A stretch of 64,000 nt of DNA from Eubacteriales bacterium (lineage in GTDB: Bacteria; Bacillota; Clostridia; Oscillospirales; QAKW01). Both the position numbers and the translations under genes were made by a program. The notes under the pieces were generated by a model. It saw only the letters and a program-made list of their open reading frames with translations, was not told the DNA's origin and searched no databases. How positions within the stretch are numbered: position 1 is the stretch's first letter; each line of letters begins with the position of its first letter. The stretch spans positions 86,143 to 150,142 of the forward strand of contig JAZQJG010000034.1 in the NCBI GenBank assembly GCA_045541535.1, given 5' to 3'. Of the stretch, positions 1 through 7,688 are shown one piece after another.

Positions 1-1276
1 CTACGGTAGCACGGGACTGAAATTGGAAAAAACCTGTGCAGCCGCTCTTACCAAAATGATTGACGCTTGTTATGCCGCTGTCGGCGGAGAAAAGTTGTGG
101 ATGTATTCCGGCTATCGCACCTACCAGACGCAGTATAATAAGTATTACGGAAAAATCAATCAGTACGTATCGCAAGGTTATTCACAAAACAAGGCCAAAG
201 AACTAACCGACCGTTATTATGCCCCTCCCGGCGGCAGTGAACACCACACCGGTCTTGCGGCAGATATCTGTACGCCCTCCGTGGTGAACCGATACGGCCA
301 GCTCCATGAATCCTTTGGTACCACAGCACAAGGAAAATGGTTACGACAGAATGCACATAAATACGGCTTTATCCTGCGGTACGATCAAGGGAAAGAAAGT
401 ATTACCGGATATAATTACGAGCCTTGGCATTTTCGCTATCTCGGTAAGGAGCACGCTCAAAAAGTATACGCTTCGGGACTGACCTATGAAGAGTATTACA
501 ACAAACTACACACCACCGTCTCAAAACTGAAAAAAGCGCCAAATATCGCAATTAACGGGCAGAAAATTTCTTTTTCCGCGCCCTCCGGTACTGAAATTCG
601 ATATACAAACAACGCGCAACCCCCAACACTCACTTCTGCTAAATACAATAGCACTCTAAGCGGCAAAAATGTCACATATAAGGCCATCGCCTGTTACAAC
701 GGTTACACCTCCCCCATTGCTACTGTAACTGTTACTGCATACGGAGATGTATTTAAAGATATTTCCGTTAAAGATTGGTTTTATAGATCAGTCAGCAACG
801 CCGTGCACCAAAAACTGTTTTCCGGAATGGGTGACCACACCTTTGCCCCTAACGGTACGATGACCAGAGCCATGCTCGTACAGGTATTGGCCAACGTCAG
901 CGGTGTAGACCTTTCAAAATACAATGGCAAAACCAATTACAAAGACGTAAAAAAGAGCCGGTGGTATGCGCCTGCGATCCAATGGGCCAGCGAGCAAGGC
1001 TACGTCAGCGGTATGGGAAACAACCTGTTTGCACCGGAAGCGGCCGTTACCCGCGAGCAGGTATGTACTATGATCTATAACCATTCCGGCGACAATGATA
1101 ACAACCCACGTCCCAATTTTAAAGACTCCGGAATTATCTCCAAATGGGCATACAAAGGAGTAGCATATTGTGCCGCACACCAAATCATCTCAGGATATCC
1201 TGACGGTACTTTTCAACCGCAAAAGAAAGCCACCCGTGCGGAAGTCGCAAGAATCGCCCTCAGTTACGTAGCATAA
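1..1276 (+). CDS. VanY / peptidase M15B-type D-alanyl-D-alanine carboxypeptidase with three C-terminal SLH domains (5' end probably outside window)
   Basis: The frame is open back to nt 2, and the listed 'M' at 23 is a TTG. VanY-type zinc motifs SEHHTGLAADI and EPWHFRY are present. The C-terminal third has three SLH-like repeats (FKDISVKDWFY..., YKDVKKSRWYAPAIQWA..., FKDSGIISKWAYKGVAYCA...). Confidence 0.85.
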   Translation, partial: YGSTGLKLEKTCAAALTKMIDACYAAVGGEKLWMYSGYRTYQTQYNKYYGKINQYVSQGYSQNKAKELTDRYYAPPGGSEHHTGLAADICTPSVVNRYGQLHESFGTTAQGKWLRQNAHKYGFILRYDQGKESITGYNYEPWHFRYLGKEHAQKVYASGLTYEEYYNKLHTTVSKLKKAPNIAINGQKISFSAPSGTEIRYTNNAQPPTLTSAKYNSTLSGKNVTYKAIACYNGYTSPIATVTVTAYGDVFKDISVKDWFYRSVSNAVHQKLFSGMGDHTFAPNGTMTRAMLVQVLANVSGVDLSKYNGKTNYKDVKKSRWYAPAIQWASEQGYVSGMGNNLFAPEAAVTREQVCTMIYNHSGDNDNNPRPNFKDSGIISKWAYKGVAYCAAHQIISGYPDGTFQPQKKATRAEVARIALSYVA

Positions 1277-1306
1277 ATTAAAGCGTGCCAATGGCACGCT
1301 TTAATT
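1276..1306. terminator. Bidirectional intrinsic terminator between convergent genes
   Basis: Perfect 15-bp inverted repeat AATTAAAGCGTGCCA/TGGCACGCTTTAATT. It is AT-flanked and overlaps both stop codons. Confidence 0.7.
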
Positions 1307-1973
1307 ATTTTATTGTCCAATCAATGGGCGAAAGACCGTTTTTAATTAATATCTCGTTGGTTTTGGAAAAATGCTTACAGCCGAAAAAACCGTTATGCGC
1401 CGATAATGGACTGGGATGAGGCGCTTGCAACAAGATATGCTTCGGATTGGTTATAAGGGACGCTTTAGCCCTGGCATTGGCTCCCCAAAGCAAAAAGACC
1501 ACCGGCGTATCTTTTTCATTCACCGCACGAATCACACGGTCTGTAAAAATCTCCCAACCCTTCCCTTTGTGGCTGTTGGGCTGTCCTTCACGCACGGTCA
1601 GAACGGTGTTTAATAACAACACGCCTTGCTCAGCCCAAGAAGTGAGTTCCCCATGCTGTGGCGCCGGAATCCCGACGTCATCCATCAATTCTTTAAAAAT
1701 ATTCTTTAAGGACGGCGGAGCAGGGACTCCCTTTTTTACCGAAAAGCACATCCCGTGCGCTTGTCCGGGGCCGTGATATGGATCCTGCCCCAGCATTACC
1801 ACCTTAACGTCCCTGCAAGCAGTGGTACGCAAAGCATTAAAAATATCATACATGCCGGGATAAATCCGGTGCTTTTTATATTCTTCTTTTAAAAAAGCAC
1901 GAAGTTGTTTGTAATACGGCTGATCAAATTCTGCTCCGAGAATCTGATCCCAATCGTTTTGAAAAGAAACCAT
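1305..1973 (-). CDS. ung: Uracil-DNA glycosylase, family 1
   Basis: Motifs GQDPYHGPGQAHG and HPSPLSA; 222 aa. Confidence 0.95.
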   Translation of the reverse strand: MVSFQNDWDQILGAEFDQPYYKQLRAFLKEEYKKHRIYPGMYDIFNALRTTACRDVKVVMLGQDPYHGPGQAHGMCFSVKKGVPAPPSLKNIFKELMDDVGIPAPQHGELTSWAEQGVLLLNTVLTVREGQPNSHKGKGWEIFTDRVIRAVNEKDTPVVFLLWGANARAKASLITNPKHILLQAPHPSPLSAHNGFFGCKHFSKTNEILIKNGLSPIDWTIK

Positions 1974-1976
1974 ATA

Positions 1977-3179
1977 TCAAAAATATCCTTTAAAATTAAC
2001 CCTAAGATCACTTTTCGGAAAGAGATAAGCATACAGTTCCAAAAAGAAATCGTCCGTCATACCTGCAATAAAATCCACTACAATTTGATCAGGATCCTCC
2101 AAGCGATACGGCTCGGTGCGGTAAAAAGATCGCTCAATCCCATCAATGTGATGCGTAAAGATCACCGAACTCTCATCGCCATCTAAAAGTTCTTTGCGCA
2201 AACGCTGATAAATTTGTTCCATCATCGGCTCAATGGCGGTATCATAACTATCGTTTCCCACTTGATAAATCAACTGATAATTTGCTTTTTTAGCCGCGGA
2301 AAGAGCCTCAAAATATTCTTTATCCAGTCGAATGTATGGGTGGCCATAGCTGTTTTGTATGATATTGACCGTCAAATTATTGATGATCTCGGCATTTGTG
2401 GCACCGATAGGACCATTCGGAAAAGAACACCCTTCCGGGAGTTGCTTCATTTTCACAGCATCCTGACGATCTTTGCCAAGATACGCAATAATGTCACAAA
2501 TCCGTACCACACACCCCTCCAACGTAGAGGGTACCATCTTAAGATTGTTGGCTTTATCAAGATAACAGCTTTCCACTGCCGCATCCAGTTGAACAAAAGA
2601 CGTCATTTCCTTGGGGCTGTATTCCGACAATTCCATCTCCCCGTTATGCCCCAAGATGCCGCTGAGGGTTTGCAAAGTAAGATTATAAGGAATCAACCGA
2701 TCAAGCACCCGCACGCTGTGAACGTTATGTTGAAAACTCCGTCCGGTATATCCGTTGTACAAACGGTCCAGCATTCTTTCACCTGCGTGACCGAAAGGCG
2801 TGTGTCCGATATCGTGACCCAGAGCAATGGCCTCAATCAAATCCAGATTGAGATTCAGCACCTTGCCGATATTGCGGGCAATGCGGGATACCAACTGTAC
2901 GTGCTGAGCCCTACGGGTGATATCATCATTTTTGGAAAAAGAAAAAACCTGAGTTTTGTCGGCATAACGGTCAAAATATTCGCTATGCAAAATTTTTTCG
3001 CAATCACGTACAAAGGTTGGTCGCCACAGATTGGCCACATCTTTTTTCTCATTCCGACGCACAGCCAGCTCATCTTTAAAGCCAAACCTCGGTAAAGTCC
3101 CTTGTATGCGATCCTCCTCAATGCGCTGAATCAAGGCGGCATCCAATTGATCAAATTTCAACTTTCTATTATTTAACAT
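1977..3179 (-). CDS. HD-domain dGTP triphosphohydrolase-like protein
   Basis: HD motif LGHDIGHTPFGHAGE. The likely start is the ATG at 3179 (MLNNRKLKF), overlapping the radC stop. The longer ORF to 3251 lies inside radC. Confidence 0.85.
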   Translation of the reverse strand: MLNNRKLKFDQLDAALIQRIEEDRIQGTLPRFGFKDELAVRRNEKKDVANLWRPTFVRDCEKILHSEYFDRYADKTQVFSFSKNDDITRRAQHVQLVSRIARNIGKVLNLNLDLIEAIALGHDIGHTPFGHAGERMLDRLYNGYTGRSFQHNVHSVRVLDRLIPYNLTLQTLSGILGHNGEMELSEYSPKEMTSFVQLDAAVESCYLDKANNLKMVPSTLEGCVVRICDIIAYLGKDRQDAVKMKQLPEGCSFPNGPIGATNAEIINNLTVNIIQNSYGHPYIRLDKEYFEALSAAKKANYQLIYQVGNDSYDTAIEPMMEQIYQRLRKELLDGDESSVIFTHHIDGIERSFYRTEPYRLEDPDQIVVDFIAGMTDDFFLELYAYLFPKSDLRVNFKGYF

Positions 3180-3861
3180 GACGCAAAAGCCCCGTTGCCG
3201 CCATAGAAGTAGCCTGATCACCGCATACGACGATATGATCCACCAGCACAATGCCGCAAGCCATCAGTTTTTCACCCACAAATTGCGTTGTCATAATATC
3301 TTCCGAAGAAGGTTCGGGATGAGCGAAATGATTATGGGCCAACACAACCATAGCGGCTCTGAAACGCAAGGCCGCATCCATCAAGGAGCGAGTTTCAATC
3401 TTGAGAGCATCAATAGAGCCTTTACAAATCATTTCACAACTGATCAAACACCAATTCTTATCCAAAAATGCGGCATATAACTGCTCTTCCTTGGCACCAA
3501 CAAATTTTGGTATAAAAAACTCTTCTCTCGCAAAGGCGCGGGAAAGAGAAATCCGACTATGCCGTGCAGGATCATCCAGATAACGCTTGGCCAGCTGTGG
3601 CACAAGAGTCAATAACGATGCAGCGTGTTGGCCGATTCCGGGCACACGCATAAGTTCTCGACTGGTGGCATTGAAAACGCCGTTCAAAGAGCCAAATTCA
3701 CGAATCAATTGGTGTGCCAATGGATTTACATCTTTTTGAGGAATAGCAAAGGTAAGCAAATACTCCAAAACCTCATGGTCTTCAAAGCCATCCAGGCCCA
3801 CTCTTTCAAATTTGGATTTTAAACGGGAACGATGCCCTTGATGCATATGCGGTTCACTCAT
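3169..3861 (-). CDS. radC: RadC-family JAB/MPN-domain protein
   Basis: N-terminal HhH region (MRVPGIGQHAASLL) and the JAMM-like motif HNHFAHPEPSSEDI. Confidence 0.9.
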   Translation of the reverse strand: MSEPHMHQGHRSRLKSKFERVGLDGFEDHEVLEYLLTFAIPQKDVNPLAHQLIREFGSLNGVFNATSRELMRVPGIGQHAASLLTLVPQLAKRYLDDPARHSRISLSRAFAREEFFIPKFVGAKEEQLYAAFLDKNWCLISCEMICKGSIDALKIETRSLMDAALRFRAAMVVLAHNHFAHPEPSSEDIMTTQFVGEKLMACGIVLVDHIVVCGDQATSMAATGLLRHVK

Positions 3862-3988
3862 TTTTCAACGCCTCCTATTAGAAATATTATATATAAGTTG
3901 ATGAAGATTGTCAAATTTTCAAAAACCAATTGACGAGAAGCCCTATATTTGGGTATACTTATAGTCAGAAATCTCAAAGGGGCTCGTT

Positions 3989-4939
3989 ATGAAAGAATTT
4001 GTGATCACCAAAAACGACAGCGATCAGCGTTTGGATAAATTTATCAGCAAAATCACCACCAACCTCTCCGGACCGTTGTTATATAAATACTTACGAAAAA
4101 AAGCCATCAAGGTCAACGGAAAGAAAAAAGAAATTTCATATCGCCTGCAAGAAAACGACGTGGTCACTCTCTATATCAATGACGAGTTTTTTCCCGATAG
4201 TTCCCCACTATTTTTGAAACTCAAGGGCAACTATAATCTTGATATCTTATACGAAGATGAAAACGTCTTACTTGTAAACAAAGCGCCCGGCCTGTTAGTG
4301 CACGAGGACGACAAGGAGCAACTGCATACGCTAATCAATTACATCCTTGCGTATCTATACAATAAAAAGGAATATGATCCTGAAAGCGAAAATTCCTTCG
4401 TGCCCGCCCTTTGCAACCGCATCGACAAGAATACCGGCGGTATTGTGATCGCTGCTAAAAATGCAGAATCCGGTAGAGAAATGTACGACATTATCAAAAA
4501 TCGTCAAATTCAAAAGCTTTATCTGGCCTTGGCTCACGGAAGAATGCCAAAAAACAGCGACATCCTGACCGCATACCACGCGAAAGATGCAAAGAATAAC
4601 CAGGTCTACGTTTACAACACTCCCGCTCCCGAACGCAAAACCATCAAAACGGGATACCGAGTACTGAAAAGTAACGCCAATGTAAGCTTACTGGAAGTAG
4701 AACTATTCACAGGTCGCACCCATCAGATCCGTGCCCACCTTGCTCATATCGGTCATCCTCTGCTGGGAGATACCAAATATGGCACAAAAGCAAACAATGA
4801 TCGCCTTCCCTTCCGTTATCAAGCGCTATACGCTTACAAGCTTCGCTTTTTAATTCAAAACGAAAATTCTCCTTTATATTATTTAAATCAAAAATCTTTT
4901 GAAGTAAAAAACGTTTATTTCAAAGACTTTATAAAATAA
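3989..4939 (+). CDS. RluA-family 23S rRNA pseudouridine synthase (RluC/D-like) with N-terminal S4 domain
   Basis: Motifs NRIDKNTGGIV (catalytic Asp) and HQIRAHLAHIGHPLLGDTKYG. Confidence 0.9.
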   Translation: MKEFVITKNDSDQRLDKFISKITTNLSGPLLYKYLRKKAIKVNGKKKEISYRLQENDVVTLYINDEFFPDSSPLFLKLKGNYNLDILYEDENVLLVNKAPGLLVHEDDKEQLHTLINYILAYLYNKKEYDPESENSFVPALCNRIDKNTGGIVIAAKNAESGREMYDIIKNRQIQKLYLALAHGRMPKNSDILTAYHAKDAKNNQVYVYNTPAPERKTIKTGYRVLKSNANVSLLEVELFTGRTHQIRAHLAHIGHPLLGDTKYGTKANNDRLPFRYQALYAYKLRFLIQNENSPLYYLNQKSFEVKNVYFKDFIK

Positions 4940-4966
4940 AAAACAGAGCAAATGCTCTGTTTTTTA
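4938..4966. terminator. Bidirectional intrinsic terminator
   Basis: AAAAACAGAGC-AAAT-GCTCTGTTTTT lies between the convergent rlu and nfnB genes. Confidence 0.75.
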
Positions 4967-6352
4967 TTATTTTCGGATATATTCATCAATAGCATTCGCC
5001 GCATTTTTGCCGGCGCCCATGGCAAGAATTACCGTAGCCGCTCCGGTTACGGCATCACCACCGGCAAACACGCCTTTTCTACTGGTCTGACCGGTAACCT
5101 CATCTGCAATAATGCCGCCCCAGCGCTGGGTTTCAAGGCCTTCGGTGGTAGATTTGATCAACGGATTGGGCGAAGTTCCGATAGAAACAATCACGCAATC
5201 ACAATCAATCACAAACTCGGAACCGGGCACCTCCACAGGACGCCGTCTGCCGGAAGCATCCGGTTGTCCCAGCTCCATCCGAACGCATTCAATGCCGCAA
5301 ACATTCCCCTGTTCATCACCCAAAACACGTACAGGATTGTTGAGGAGCTTGAAAAAGATTTCCTCTTCTTTTGCGTGCTCCACTTCTTCTTTACGGGCAG
5401 GAAGCTCTACCTCAGAGCGACGGTATACGACGGAAACCTCCTGTGCCCCAAGACGTTTGGCACAACGTGCCGCATCCATCGCAACGTTTCCGCCGCCAAT
5501 CACAACTACTTTTTGGGCTTTTTGGATCGGCGTTGCGCTGTCACTGCGATATGCCTTCATCAGATTAACGCGAGTCAGAAATTCATTGGCAGAATATACG
5601 CCCTTCAGATTTTCACCGGGGATGCCGAGAAACTTGGGAAGGCCCGCACCGGAGCCAATGAAAACAGCCTCAAATCCCATATCCAGTAATTCATCAACGG
5701 AAAACAGACGACCGATCACCATATTGGTTTCAATCTTCACACCAAGTTCCTTCAATCGGTCAATTTCCTGTTGAACGATCTTTTTCGGCAAGCGAAATTC
5801 AGGAATGCCATAAACCAATACACCGCCGGCACAATGAAGCGCCTCAAACACCGTCACTTCATATCCTTTTTTAGCCAGATCACCGGCACAGGTCAAACCT
5901 GCGGGGCCCGAACCGACAACCGCCACTTTGTGTCCGTTACTCTTTGGCTTGACCACTTCACGTGCCGCAAGAGCATTATGTCGGTCAGCTACAAAGCGTT
6001 CCAATCTTCCAATGGCAACAGGCTCACCTTTGATACCACGAACACAGCGTTGTTCACACTGTGTTTCCTGAGGACATACCCGTCCACAGACCGCAGGCAA
6101 AGACGAGGACTGCTGAATAACTTGATACGCTTGCTCAAAATTTCCATCACAGATTTCTTTGATAAACGACGGAATATCAATAGAAACGGGACATCCCGCC
6201 ATACAAGGCTTATTTTTACACTGTAAGCAGCGGTGCGCTTCGTCAATTGCTTGTTCTTCCGTATAGCCCAACGCTACCTCATCAAAGTTTTTGTTTCGGA
6301 TCAGCGGATCCTGGGAGGGCATCGGTTGTTTGGTCAAAGACATATTTGCCAT
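4967..6352 (-). CDS. nfnB: GltD-like NADPH-dependent oxidoreductase, NfnB/SudA-type large subunit (Fe-S + FAD/NAD(P))
   Basis: Cys clusters CLQCKNKPCMAGCP and CGRVCPQETQCEQRC; dinucleotide fold VAVVGSGPAGLTCAGDL. It sits immediately downstream of a PyrK-like subunit. Confidence 0.8.
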   Translation of the reverse strand: MANMSLTKQPMPSQDPLIRNKNFDEVALGYTEEQAIDEAHRCLQCKNKPCMAGCPVSIDIPSFIKEICDGNFEQAYQVIQQSSSLPAVCGRVCPQETQCEQRCVRGIKGEPVAIGRLERFVADRHNALAAREVVKPKSNGHKVAVVGSGPAGLTCAGDLAKKGYEVTVFEALHCAGGVLVYGIPEFRLPKKIVQQEIDRLKELGVKIETNMVIGRLFSVDELLDMGFEAVFIGSGAGLPKFLGIPGENLKGVYSANEFLTRVNLMKAYRSDSATPIQKAQKVVVIGGGNVAMDAARCAKRLGAQEVSVVYRRSEVELPARKEEVEHAKEEEIFFKLLNNPVRVLGDEQGNVCGIECVRMELGQPDASGRRRPVEVPGSEFVIDCDCVIVSIGTSPNPLIKSTTEGLETQRWGGIIADEVTGQTSRKGVFAGGDAVTGAATVILAMGAGKNAANAIDEYIRK

Positions 6353-6353
6353 C

Positions 6354-7193
6354 TCACTCTACCCCCTTAAACAAATTGCAGGTATTTTCGTGGGCTTTTC
6401 TTTCAAAATCGTGATACATAGAAGACCGCGCCATCGCTTCGTCGAAATCTACCTGATGACCATCAAATTCAGGGCCGTCAACACAGGCAAATTTCGTCTC
6501 ACCACCGACACTCAAACGACAACCTCCACACATACCCGTGCCATCAATCATAATAGGATTCATAGAAACAACAGTCTTAACACCGTATTCCTTAGTCAGT
6601 GCAGATACAAATTTCATCATAGGCAAAGGTCCGATGGCGATCACTTCATCAAACTGTTCACCGTCATCAAGTTGTTTACGCAAAGCATCGGTAACAAAGC
6701 CACGCTCACCGGCACTACCGTCATCCGTCATTAAAGTAAAATGATCACAAGAAGCCGTAAATTCATCCTGTAATATCACAAGGTTTTTGTTGCGGAAACC
6801 GACAATGCCGTGCACGCAAATGCCGCATTCGTGCATTTTTTTGGCCACAGGATATGCAATGGCGCAACCAACACCGCCGCCGATGACGGCAACCTTTTTG
6901 AGATTATCCATTTCCGTTGGCTTGCCGAGCGGCCCGACAAAATCACACAGACGATCGCCCTGACGCATATGATTCAATTTTTCCGTTGTCCCGCCAACCA
7001 CCTGAAATATGATCGTAACCGTACCACGTTCAGCATCATAATCGGCGATGGTGAGCGGAATCCGTTCACCGTCAGCATCTGTGCGCAGAATCACAAACTG
7101 ACCGGGACGGGCCTTTTTGGCAATCAACGGCGCATCAATTTCCATCAGAGTGACGGTGGGATTCAGTTCTTTTTTCAACAAAATTTCAAACAC
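6354..7193 (-). CDS. nfnA: PyrK-like FAD/[2Fe-2S] electron-transfer subunit, NfnA/SudB-type
   Basis: C-terminal motif MCGGCRLSVGGETKFACVDGPEF. The likely start is the GTG at 7193, preceded by GAGGAA. It ends 1 nt upstream of nfnB. Confidence 0.8.
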   Translation of the reverse strand: MFEILLKKELNPTVTLMEIDAPLIAKKARPGQFVILRTDADGERIPLTIADYDAERGTVTIIFQVVGGTTEKLNHMRQGDRLCDFVGPLGKPTEMDNLKKVAVIGGGVGCAIAYPVAKKMHECGICVHGIVGFRNKNLVILQDEFTASCDHFTLMTDDGSAGERGFVTDALRKQLDDGEQFDEVIAIGPLPMMKFVSALTKEYGVKTVVSMNPIMIDGTGMCGGCRLSVGGETKFACVDGPEFDGHQVDFDEAMARSSMYHDFERKAHENTCNLFKGVE

Positions 7194-7331
7194 AAATATT
7201 CCTCGTTTCTTTTGCAAAACTATGTTTGACAAACGTAAACTACATATTACATATTGTAACACTATTTTATAAAAAAGCAAGAAAAAAGACTATCACAAAA
7301 CGCACTTACTTTTGTGCTATTTTAACAAATG

Positions 7332-7360
7332 AAAAAAGACATCCCGAAGGATGTCTTTTT
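7332..7360 (-). terminator. Intrinsic terminator after the tRNA-Leu pair
   Basis: AAAAAAGACATCC-CGAA-GGATGTCTTTTTT lies directly after the tRNA 3' end. Confidence 0.8.
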
Positions 7361-7448
7361 TGGTGCGGGTAAGAGGACTTGAACCTCCACCGGTGCAATA
7401 CCGACTAGAACCTGAATCTAGCGCGTCTGCCAATTCCGCCATACCCGC
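7361..7448 (-). tRNA. tRNA-Leu (anticodon CAG), CCA encoded
   Basis: The reverse complement reads GCGGGTATGGCGGAATTGGCAGACGCGCTAGATTCAGGTTCTAG...GGTTCAAGTCCTCTTACCCGCACCA. It has anticodon loop TTCAGGT and a long variable arm. Confidence 0.9.
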
Positions 7449-7453
7449 ATGTA

Positions 7454-7540
7454 TGGTGCAGACGGCGGGACTTGAACCCGCATCCCATCGCTGGGACTAC
7501 CACCTCAAAGTAGCGTGTATGCCAATTTCACCACGTCTGC
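7454..7540 (-). tRNA. tRNA-Leu (anticodon GAG), CCA encoded
   Basis: The reverse complement reads GCAGACGTGGTGAAATTGGCATACACGCTACTTTGAGGTGGTAG...GGTTCAAGTCCCGCCGTCTGCACCA. It has anticodon loop TTGAGGT and a long variable arm. Confidence 0.9.
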
Positions 7541-7572
7541 ATATCCACACGCTGCTCATCAGCGCAGGATTT

Positions 7573-7601
7573 ATTATAACAAGCAAACTCTTAAAAGTCA
7601 A
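7573..7601 (-). promoter_or_regulatory. Sigma-A-type promoter for the tRNA-Leu pair
   Basis: TTGACT-17 nt-TATAAT on the minus strand, about 30 nt upstream of the first tRNA. Confidence 0.6.
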
Positions 7602-7635
7602 GTGTTTTTTTAAATAAATATCAACTTTTTCAAAG

Positions 7636-7668
7636 ATTTAAAAGGAAAGACGGTGAGAACACCGTCTT
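7636..7668 (-). terminator. Probable terminator after the SLH surface protein gene
   Basis: AAGACGGTG-AGAA-CACCGTCTT hairpin followed by a T-rich tract on the minus strand. Confidence 0.55.
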
Positions 7669-7688
7669 GCCTTTTGGATTTGTTAATC

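Noticed and set aside
7351-7617. 88-aa plus-strand ORF.
   Set aside because: It overlaps the two tRNA-Leu genes and their promoter on the opposite strand, so it is an artefact of the stop-free tRNA complement.
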